DNA of 64,000 bases from the human T2T-CHM13v2.0 reference genome, Homo sapiens. A program made the translations under genes and the position numbers. The notes beneath the pieces are model-generated. The model had not been told where the DNA came from and made no database searches. It worked only from the letters and a program-made list of their open reading frames with translations. Below are positions 52,898 through 64,000 of this stretch, in pieces (the stretch's first letter is position 1; every line of letters begins with the position of its first letter). The stretch is taken from the NCBI RefSeq assembly GCF_009914755.1, contig NC_060933.1; one strand, 5' to 3'.

Positions 52898-55800
52898 AGT
52901 TTGTATTAATAAAATAAGAGGAACAATACCAAGGAGAGTGCTTTGTAAGGATGTCAAGGCTGCCTGTTCCCTGCTCTACACAGCATGTCTCTGACAAAGC
53001 AGAGGCCACAGAAAGGGGCACCTGGTGGAGGGCCCAGGCAGCAGAGCACAGGCCCTGCAATTCTGGATGCTGGGGTGTCATTTCATGTTTTGAATTAGCT
53101 GTGAGCCTGGGGGCTGCCGCCGGGATCATTTCCAGCAGGGCGGTACCATTTAGTTCCTTCTGACAAAAGGGCCACTGCCCAAGATTTTCCGCGTCTGCAT
53201 TCAAGTGGCAGATGAGACACGGATAATAATACACACTCCAAATCTTTTCAGGAATTCACAGTCTCTGTTTGCAATGTTATCCTGAATTTGATCACGACAT
53301 GCACAGAACTGGTTTGAAAATTATTTTCCAGAAGCAATTCTTTAATAAAACTTTTTCATCTGAAAAGCAATCTAGCCAAAATGTCAACAGAGGTAGATAG
53401 GATAAAAAATAATTACTCTGGATCCCAAGCCAAGATGAACATACAAGTATTACCAAAGATTTGGGTGTGATATCGACCCCTTGCCCCTCTCCAGCCCCCT
53501 TGATCCTGGGATCCCTGCCTGTCTCTGTGCTTGCAGGCTTCTCCCCGGCAGGGACAGAGAATGTGAAGTGCCTAAATGCTTAGTGATTTCATTCCAGGGC
53601 ACTTTCCTATCATCCTGGTTACTGATGCCAGAGGAAAGCAGGAAGGGTTGGGGGTTGGGTTTGCAGCATCTGATGGAGATTGTGGTTTGCAGATTGTGAA
53701 TTGCTGTTTTGTTCTACAAAAATAATGAACATGGTAACCATAGAAACCTAGTAGAAAGGTGTCCAAGAGGCTAATCGACCCAGTCAAATGAGTGTTTCTC
53801 TATGATGACTTGTAGTGATCCTGTTAAATTGTGCAGGGTTTCTTTCTGGGGGGCAGCAGGAGCTGTGACAAAATGCATTTATTATGCCATCCTCACGTGT
53901 CAGACTGACAACGACTGCTGTGTTGTTGCTACGAGATGGCTGCATAACAGCACCCACAGCTGCAGGACCATTGCAACTGCTTACTTGCAACAGGTGCTGT
54001 GTTTTAGGCCCCAGACCCCAGAACTTGGATTGACAGAGGGGCCAGCTGCTTAATTTTTGGCTGGCTGTTTTTCATCTGTGGAGTGGTGCCCCTCTGAAGA
54101 GACCAGAGCATGTGAAACTCTATCCTCATGCAAAGAACACTGTCCTAATTTTTCTTTTGCTGGAGGCCGCAAGTGCCAGAGAGAAGGATAAGAAAGGCTT
54201 TGGGCCACTTGCCCCAGCTTGAAGGCCACGATGCCAAACCAACCCGGGCAGTGCCTGGAGTGTCAGGAATTTACAAGCAAAGAGTCCAAGTGCTGAGCAC
54301 GTTTGACTAGTAAGGGTGTCTTTACCCCAGCTGGCAGAGTTTGGGTAAAAAAAAAAAAAAAGAAACACAAAATGGCAAACAGCTCTTTGCTTTTTGGGCT
54401 TAACTTTGCATAGCAGAGTGCATTAGCTTAAAATGTCAACAGTGACCATTGCCAGATAGATGTACTTCCCAAGAAAAATACTGGGGGCAGTTTCTATTCT
54501 GGGAGAAACTTTTGGTGAACAAAAACCTCATTCCAGCGCTACTCACCACTATATTTAAGTCAAAGCGGGGGGGAAGTTTTAATAGCAAAAAGGCCCATTT
54601 AACATTTCAGCTGACTCGAAGCCCAGATTCTCCGGCAAGGTCTTTGGTGCTGGTGGTGGTCCGGACTCATGGGAGGACGCTGGGGCTTCTTCACAAGGGA
54701 TTGTTCATGCCATTCAAGGATGATGCCAAAATATATATTCTCCTTTTTCAAATGTAAAATGGACACGAACTTTTGGAAAACCAGGAAAACAAACAAAAGT
54801 AATTAAGTAAAAATATGCATAATTGATATATAATCTCCCCATCGAAAACTGATGATTCTACCTATTTTTAGATGTAGTCTTTTCCCAGGGGGAAGATTTA
54901 GGGGTTCAGAAGAACTTTCTGGAAGCTGGGTCCCCATCTGAGTTGTAGTGACAACCAGGGTCAGAAGGAGAGAGGGCAGCTTAGCTGGACATTTCACAGG
55001 CAGCAGGATAAGGCCGTGCATGTGCTGCTGCAAGAGCATGCTTTGATCAAAGGAGTCTAGGAAAGCCACCATGAGTACCTGCCTGGGAGGGACAGCTCAT
55101 CCCAAGGGGACTGGAACCTCCGTGCCTCCATCTCTCCCAGATCTCACCCTTCCCCTTGGGAGCTCAATAGCTTTCTGAGTTCCATCAGAAACATGCTGTC
55201 TCCCCCAGCAAGGCAATCGGGTGCGCGTTTTGTGAGGTGAGGACTGGAAGGGGAGGCACTCTGTGAGAATAAACAGGGATGACTCTCCCCAGCTCCCGGA
55301 CTGCTGGGGGCATGGCTGGAGGACTCTGTGCATTCAAGACCACCAGCTGCAGTGACCTCATGCCCAGCCATGAGGGAGAAAGCTCACGTGACCTCCCTGT
55401 CTCCCCTCGCCTGTCAAGGGCTCCCTCACACACAGAGGAGGAGTGGCACCCTGGGCTACTGATGGGACAGGTGTATAAATCTTAGCTACACACATGAGTG
55501 TGCAAAAAATGTCCTATGTCCTTATTTACTTGTTAAGTAAAATTAGATCCCAGTTCTGAATTAAATCTCAATCAGTTCTGGAGTGTCTTTCTCTGCACAT
55601 ATTTCTCAGGGTTCTTGAACAGAACAATGTATTTGGGGGCTCCAGGTCCTAGGCTCACACTGGGGTCCCTGAGTGATCCCTGACTCTCTGTGCCCACAGG
55701 GGCCTTGAAGTCCTCCATCTATGCTGCTTTTTAGTTACAGGAAAGATTTTTCTGGTGAGATTTCTGGGCCCAGGGGCTAACCTTCCCTAGATATTAGAGA

Positions 55801-56171
55801 TGCAGTGTTGAACAAAATGTAGAACGAGCCTATGCCCCTGGAAGATTTTCGGTGTCGAGGAGACAGGCTAAGCACACACACAAACTGCAGACACTAAGCC
55901 ATTGTCCACAGAAGCTTCTGTGAGATACTGTGGTGGTGGAGGAGGTGGTGCTTTGGCAGAACCCCTAACCTCTCTGCCTTCCCCAGCTGGAAGGAGTCTC
56001 TCCTAAGTCCCAGCTTCTCACCTCATTTTTCTTTTCTCCCTCCTTCCCATTTTTGTCTCCCTCCAGAGACAGAATGTGCTATAACCTTCTGGAAACTTCT
56101 ACTATTTTCCTGCAACCTGACTACCCCTTAGGTGAGGGAGTCCAGAATGCTGGCTTGAAATGGGAGAGAGA

Positions 56172-56312
56172 AAGAACTGCCACATAATTTGCAAGATCTT
56201 TTTTGAAAAAGAAAAGGTATTAAGAATTCCAGGACAGCATTAGGAATGTATTAAACCAGGTGAGAGACATCATATGACAGCACAGCTCATACATTCACAA
56301 ACCTGATGCCAG
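56172..56312 (-). mobile_element. MER45A-type hAT-Tip100 relic
   Basis: gccacataatttgc...tattaagaattccaggacagc...attaaaccagg. Confidence 0.55.
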
Positions 56313-56454
56313 GGAGGAAAATATGCAATGAGGAATAGTCAAAAAACACTACAGATTAATAACCCAATAAATTATCCTGATGTTTATGTACTTTTATATG
56401 TACATACAGTTTTAACGTAATTGTCATCATTTTTCATTCCCCCGATAAAAAGGA

Positions 56455-56660
56455 AGCTATGGAGTATGATGGTGGCCATGAAATCTGAGACTAGACTGCC
56501 TGGTTCAGGTCACACCTCCATGGTCACCATCTGTGAGCCCTTAGGCGGTGCCTCTATCTCCTCTTCTGCAAAAGGGAAACCTTGACCTCTCCTTCTCCTG
56601 GACTGAGTGGATTAGGACAGAGCAGTGCCTGGAACGAGTGGGGCTGTAGGCACTGTAGTG
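56455..56660 (+). mobile_element. MIR SINE
   Basis: agactagactgcctggttcag...ctgtgagcccttaggc...ctgcaaaaggga. Confidence 0.55.
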
Positions 56661-56859
56661 ATGCTTCTCTGTGGGTCAGGTCTGCTCTGGCCCAGACTTA
56701 CACCATTGAGCAACCCACAGAGGAGCCTGGGCTAGTGGAGCACCCACCCACAGAGCTGAGACAGGCAATGGAGACCCTCATGCAAGCCCAGGACACCTCG
56801 GGGGCTCCATTCTCTGAAGAAAACTAAGACAGGGGAAGGGGCTGCACACTCATAGGGCT

Positions 56860-57300
56860 CTAGTAGGCATTCAGTTATTTTGTAATTTTCTTTATGTATT
56901 ATCACTTTTGTGTTAAGAGTAATTCTGGAATAGTTTATATTTTGATGCTATATTTAATAGAATTTTTTTTCTCTCAATAGATATCTTGATTAGTTATACT
57001 TTAACCTATGTTTAGTATACTTTCCTTAAATTTGTCTATTGTATAGAATTCTCTTTGTTCTATTCATTCCAATAGATTTTTATTTACCTCTCTTGGGTTT
57101 TCTAAGTGGACACATTGACTGAAAACAAGATGGCATTCTATCCTCCTGTGTAACAGTTAGAATCACCACTTAGCTTTACCTGCCACGGTGTTGCCCAGGG
57201 CATTTGCAGTCATACTAAACAGTAATGTCATGCAGAGGATCATTATTTTGTCCCCAGCTATTATTTGGAATACAAATATGTTCTGTCCATGGGCCTCTTC
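56860..57300 (-). mobile_element. Old L1M ORF2 fragment
   Basis: ctctcttgggttttctaagtggaca...tactaaacagtaatgtcatgcagagga. Confidence 0.5.
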
Positions 57301-57939
57301 TCTACTCTAGCTCAGGAGTTACTTTGATAATGAGCTACACAATTCGATCTCCCACCACTATCCTTTTTGGGGAAAATTTTTACCTTTATGTTCTTTATTA
57401 AAAAGGGTTTATATTTCTCTTCCTGTTAAAAAATTATTTTAGTTTCTGAGTATTACATGCTTCACAAAATAAAGTTAGTTGATTTTATTTATTTTATATT
57501 GTGGAAAAATACATACACAGAGCACTGGAATGATAATAATAATACAAAGAATAAGAAAAAGAATAACAAAGCTAACTAAATAACTTGCCCAAAGTCAGAC
57601 TGTCAATAAGTGGCAGAAATGGGATTTAGATATTTCCTTGAATGAGCTCTTCTGAGAATGAGCTCTACCTTGAAGATGATTTTTAAGAAAAGACAAAAAT
57701 ATGCCAGCTGCCAGAAAATTACAGAATAGAGTCCATTTCATTCAAAGAATTGTGCAGATACAACACAAATCAGAAGTTAAGAGTAATAGTTTACTTGACA
57801 ATGGTTCACAGTGTCTTTTTTTGGTTTCAGAATAAGGAACAGCGGAGCTTCCCCCTAAGACCCTGGTGTGTTTCTGCATCAGGAAACCTTCTCTCCTGCA
57901 ATGTGGTGAGTTGGATTTATGGCAGTTGTACCTGCTGCT

Positions 57940-58140
57940 TGGAAGCCAGACTGCCTGGAAATTAATCTTGACATTGACCAACTGCATAACTGTGGGGGAA
58001 ATTAACCTCCAAGATTTTGCTTCCTTATCTATAAAATGGCAGTGATTATAGTGCTTGCTTCCAGGACTAAAGTGAGATAGTGCATGGGACACGCTTAGCC
58101 CAGATGCTGATCGTTAGTAAGTATCCAGTGCGGTTAACAA
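57940..58140 (+). mobile_element. MIR SINE
   Basis: ttggaagccagactgcctgg...cttccttatctataaaatgg...gcttagcccagatgctg. Confidence 0.75.
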
Positions 58141-59087
58141 TATCACATCTAGTATCCCCGATCATGGTTCCATCCTTCCATGGCTTTCTGGAAAGGTTAG
58201 CAGTGGTACTAATGGTGAATGGGTTTTGGGTCCTGGAGTCCTCTGATAATTTGATGAGCATTTACATGATCTGAGTAGAAAAGAAAAGTGCATGTGAACA
58301 CAGGCATCTCATTTCTTTTCAGAAGATTCAAATTCTGCATTAAGAACCCACAGCTAAGTAAGTTCATGGTTCCTTCTTTCACGTGTCTGGTTAAATAATT
58401 CTCAGATGTTAGGATGACTGGGACACTGGGGTTCCACTTCCCCAGGACATTGAATTTGTAACAAATATCTCATGTGCTTCCATATAGTTAAATCTGGCTG
58501 CTTCAGATGCTGCCTTCATTCCTCACTTCATCTTACACCCCTGCCTGATTTTCCTTCTGCTTTACTTATATCGTCTATTTTTATTTTATTCTCATTGCCA
58601 ATGTTGTGGCCATGTTTGTAAGCCATCTTAAATCCCTTGTGGGAGGCAGAGAGCAACGACGTGGAGTATTAAACAAAATACTCACACATTCCACTGCCTC
58701 TGCGGGCAGGGCCAGGTGGAGCCACAGTTGTTCTCTCTACTGTGAGGCTGCAAGGCCTGGAGGTGGGTTTCGGTGAATTCCTAAGCTAGTTCCCCTGCTT
58801 TCCTGGTGCTAATGACTTCACTGGAGCTAACCAGAGAGCAGCCGCTGTGGAGTCTTGCTGCTGCCTGTTTTCCTCTCATGTTTGATAGAGGATTTCTACT
58901 ATGATCCCTCCAGAGACCATGGCCTGCTGGCTGTGTCCCCACACTGGTTTCTGGGTTTCTGGTCCCACCATTTGTCAGATGAAGTGTTACTTGTGGTCAG
59001 CATTTACCAGTCAAGCTGGGCTGGGGATCCACACAGGCTATGGCGTTTTCTGGTCATAGAGAAGCCCTAGAAGCCAATAATTCCTCA

Positions 59088-59262
59088 CGTATTAGTCAGG
59101 GTTCTCCACAGAAACAGAAACAGAAGCAACCGGATCTCTCTCTCTCTCTCTCGCTCTCTGTCTCTCTCTCACACACACACCATACATATTTTTGTTTTGT
59201 AACTCATTTTGTTTTGTAAACTAGGGTTAATGATAAGTAACCAGCAAAGGTTTCATGAGGAT

Positions 59263-59334
<72 letters not shown>

Positions 59335-59784
59335 TAAAGAGAGAGAGCGATTTATGTTGAGGAATTGGCTTACACAAATCATGGATTCTGAGAAGTCCCT
59401 GGGTCTGCAAGCTGGAGAGCCAGGAAAGCCCATGGTGTGATTCAATCTGTTTCTAAAGGCCTGAGAACCAGGGGAGCCGATGATACGAATCCTTGTCTGA
59501 GGGTCAGAGAAGGTGAGATGAGATGTCCCAGTTCAAGCAGGCAGACAGGAAGCACACAGGGTAAATTCCTCCTTTCTCTGCTTTTTTGCTCTACTCAGCC
59601 CCTCAATTGATTTGCTGAGGCCCCTCCACCTTGGGAAGGGCCATGTTCTTAAGTCATTCTGCCAATTCAAATGTTAATCTCTTCCAGAAACACCTTCACA
59701 GATACACCCAGAAATAATGTTTAAGCAAATATCTGGGCTTGACCCATGATCCAGTCAAGTTGGTAAATAAAATGAACCACCATA
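59088..59784 (-). mobile_element. MLT2B-type ERVL LTR with rearranged internal microsatellite
   Basis: gtattagtcagggttctcc...ttcaaatgttaatctcttccagaaacaccttcacagatacacccagaaataatgttt; near-TSD cctca / tctca. Confidence 0.88.
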
Positions 59785-60969
59785 TCTCACTTACAAACTC
59801 TTTCCCTCTAGATTCTAGAGCATCACTTTGATACTCTATGGTTCAAAATTATTTAGTGACTTTTTTTGGCCATATATTAAGTATTAATTGAATACAAAGC
59901 TGGTTAGATATTCAAAGCGATATGAGGAACCAGCCTTATAGCCATTGTTCTGTACACATTCCTGGCGAGCCTGATGTCCCCTCAGCTTTCTTGGCTATTT
60001 GTCACTCCACACCTAGCTGCTTTTAATCTGGGGGTGTGGGGGTGGGCCTTTAAGACCTTTTGTTTCCCTTAAAATAGACTTAGGCAGTTGCTGCGTATAG
60101 CTGTTTTTTGTGGAAATGCATTTGTTACTTTTGAGAATACAGTGACCTCTTGCAGTTCTAGGAGTTCTCTTGAATTCAGAAGAGCCCCTACAACACCGAA
60201 CCTGTGATTTTAAGGATCACTGATGCTTCCGTTGAAGGGCAGGTTCCCTGCATTCTCCTCTCCTGGGCCTTCCCCTCCCCATGCATTGCACTGTAAGTCT
60301 TCTATCTCTTTGTGCAGAAGGGAGTAACAGCAGGAATTGTTTAAGCAGCTCTCGTAGCCCTTCCATATGCACATTTTTGTAGCACACCAATATTAACCAA
60401 GGTGTAGATTGGGCACAATTTGCTTCCTAAGCAAATTCATCATGCAGGAGCCCATCTTTCCTCTTGATGTGATGTTGACTCTGCTCTCCCTTCCAGTGGC
60501 AAACAGATGGAAACTGGATTGGGAAAGCATCCCATGGAACAACAATCTTTTCTTCCTGTGGGACCTAGTGCATGATCCAGGTGGGGTCTGGAAGGATAGG
60601 CTCAGGGACAACGAGATGTGGGGGCATGAATGGCAGCCAGGCAAGCTGGGCTAGCTGAGCATAGCTCAGATCTCAGTCTGCAGAGGTCAGCCCCGGCAGA
60701 ACATATGTGTCGGCCTCCTACCCCACAGATGAGCTGGAACGGCTCGCAGGGCTTCAGCTGGGGCAGGTGCAACACTTCCCCAAACAGCAGTTTGCAGGAA
60801 GTCCCATAGTTCCCACAGAGACTTAAACAGCAGAAGCAGTTCCTCCTGGCTGGACAGACACCCACAGTCCCACCTCCCTGGAACCCACATCTGTCTGTGA
60901 GCATAGTGGGTGCTCTGTGCCAGTTGATAAAAAATAGTGTAGAATTATCATTACTTGAACTTTTGCCTA

Positions 60970-61170
60970 ACCTTTTATTGTGAAAAATCTGATATGTATC
61001 AAAAAATTGAAATCATTTTACAGTGAACACCATTTACCCACACCCTAAATCGCTCCTTTGCTACATAGTAGTTGCTTTATCACACGTGCGTGCTGCTAGC
61101 CATGCCTGTATCCACCCATGAATTCCTCTTATGCATTGTATTTTGGAGTAAGTTGCAGACGTCAGTTACA
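60970..61170 (-). mobile_element. L1MC-type 3' end
   Basis: tacagtgaacaccatttacccac...agtaagttgcagacgtcag. Confidence 0.65.
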
Positions 61171-61201
61171 TTTGTTTTTCATTGTAATATTTAATTAATT
61201 T

Positions 61202-61498
<297 letters not shown>

Positions 61499-61583
61499 TT
61501 TTTTTTTTTTTTTTTTTTGAGACCGAGACTTGCTCTGTCACCAGGCTGGAGTGCAATGGCGCGATCTTGGCTCATCGCAACCT
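61499..61583 (-). mobile_element. AluS 3' fragment (about 65 bp plus tail)
   Basis: T20 gagaccgagacttgctctgtcaccaggctggagtgcaatggcgcgatc. Confidence 0.88.
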
Positions 61584-62279
61584 GTATTTAATTAATTTTA
61601 AAGTTTCAAAGGAAGTTAATGAAAGGCATGATATTTTGTAATTACCAAAGGGGCCATGGGTTAAAACAAGCTGAAGAATAGCAGCTAGAAAACATGTTTT
61701 CCACTGTGAAGGCTGAGCTGTCTGGCCCTTAAGGAAGACAGGATAGTTATAGAAACATATTTGGTGGCCATGGTTAGTCCATCAAGGTCGGAAGACTCCA
61801 GCAGGTAGAGTCTGCGGCGCGCATCAGGAATCTGGGGGTGGGTTAGGCAGGGTGGATTTGTGAGATTAAAGGCACAGGGCTGAGGGACAACCCAGTAGAT
61901 GGCACCAAGGACAGAAATGCAACCTGAAAACCAGTCTGGTGGCCTCACTGAAGTCTTGCTCTGAAGCACACAGAGAATGCAGGCCAGGTGTGAGGAAGCA
62001 CAAGGAAGAGAGAGCCCGGCACCACAGCAGGAGGGCCCAGCATCAGAGGGACCGGGGGAAGATCCAGAACCTCTGCGGTAGCCACCTCATCCGGTATACC
62101 CGGGCTCCCGGGGCACTCACGGGCCAGCGTCCGACCAGACATCAGGGTGCAGAATGTGGCTGCATGGACCCTTCGTCTTGTAATGATGGCCCTTGATTTG
62201 GGGTGGTTACATCCTCTAGGGGCACACCAGAACACTGCGTGTTTGCTTCTCTAGTCTACAAGGATTCTGTGTTCATTCC

Positions 62280-62500
62280 ATTAACAGGGAATGGGCATTG
62301 TATGAAAGATGGTTCAGCCATGATGAAAGTTTGGGAAATTCCAGTTAAATCTAACAAGTTTCTTGACTATAGGACTTCTTAGATGTTTAGTGCACGATGT
62401 GGAATATGAATATCTAAGAAAGTAATGTATTATGAGGAGTTTCCCAATATTTCCACCCTCCATGGTTTGTAGCCTCTTTGGGAACTCATTTTTAGCACAC
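62280..62500. mobile_element. hAT-Charlie relic (MER112/113-type)
   Basis: aagtttgggaaat...aacaagtttcttgactataggacttcttaga...gtttcccaa. Confidence 0.5.
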
Positions 62501-62714
62501 GGCCCTAAGCTATCTGGGGTATCATTTGTTAATGCAGCTCACAGGACTCCATTGAGTTAAATTAAAGCTATATTCAGGGCAGAAAAAGAGAAAGCAAACA
62601 GTGCTTCAGACAGACAACAAGGCGTGGGGCAATCACACTTTTTCTCACCTGCTTCTTCATCAGAGCCATTCTGGGGGGAAAGACATAGACGTTTCTGCCC
62701 CTAAAAAGCACTGA

Positions 62715-63202
<488 letters not shown>

Positions 63203-63224
63203 CAAAATAGCTTTTTCAAGTTTC

Positions 63225-63390
63225 CCTGCTCTATGATCATGAATACTTGTCATAAGCTCTCATTTTGTTTTATACACTAGGATTAATGATAAGTAATTAG
63301 CAAGAGTTTTATGAGAACGAGAGTTAATATAGATGCTGAGCCCTCCCTGAAATGTCTTGCATATAGTTAAGTGTTCAGTTAATGTACTGA
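63225..63390 (+). mobile_element. Decayed MIR (putative donor of the 59203-59267 copy)
   Basis: gagttttatgagaacgagagttaatata...gcatatagttaagtgttcagttaatgt follows the MIR 3' half. Confidence 0.55.
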
Positions 63391-63600
63391 TGTGGTAATA
63401 CAAGAATCATAATTGGTATCATTATCTCTGTTAAGATTTATTTCAAATTTCATAATGAATACTCAAAAAATATCCAGTGACTTGAGCTAGAAAAAAAGAA
63501 AAAAGTATTACATTAGAAAAATTTTTAAAGAATTGATTATATTATGTGTTGATTAAAGTCATATGATTTGAGAAAAATACTTTAGGATCAGAACAGAAAA

Positions 63601-63747
63601 TGCTATGGTCTGTTTGTGTCCTCCAAAATTTATATGTTGAAATCCTAACACTTCAGGTGATGATGTTAGGAGATGGGGCCTTTCAGAGGTGACAAAGTCA
63701 TGAGGGTGGAGCCCCCATGAATGGGATTAGTGCCCTTATAAAAGAGG
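63601..63747 (+). mobile_element. MLT1A0/MSTD-type MaLR LTR, 5' part
   Basis: tgctatggtctg...gagggtggagcccccatgaatgggattagtgcccttataaaagagg. Confidence 0.85.

Positions 63748-64000
<253 letters not shown>

Noticed and set aside
53018-53145. CTCF-like words (also about 62213-62225)
   Set aside because: Each has a mismatch or wrong spacing in the core AG(A/G)(G/T)GGC; not supportable without a PWM or ChIP data.

Overview
Primate (almost certainly human: it carries an AluYa5 and a very young L1 3' end) nuclear genomic DNA. It looks intronic or intergenic, and a large share of it is interspersed repeat: about 13 Alu elements or fragments, old and young LINE-1 pieces, L2, MIR, MaLR/ERVL LTRs, hAT and mariner relics, and microsatellites. 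I could not recognise any protein-coding exon, RNA gene, CpG island, CRISPR or prokaryotic feature. The ORF track is explained by repeats, low-complexity DNA and chance. I found no evidence of a new biological system. The most unusual signals are local repair or template-switch scars: a 65-bp copy of 63259-63323 pasted into an MLT2B LTR 4 kb away, a scrambled multi-piece micro-inversion in an old L1 ORF1 at about 34.5 kb, and an inverted pair of L1 fragments sharing private changes at about 17-18.4 kb. Also notable are young, possibly polymorphic retro-insertions (AluYa5, a Yb-lineage Alu, an L1PA2/L1HS-like tail), two composite insertions and a 43-bp VNTR. Repeat subfamily names come from recalled consensus sequences, not a RepeatMasker run, and boundaries of old repeats are approximate.
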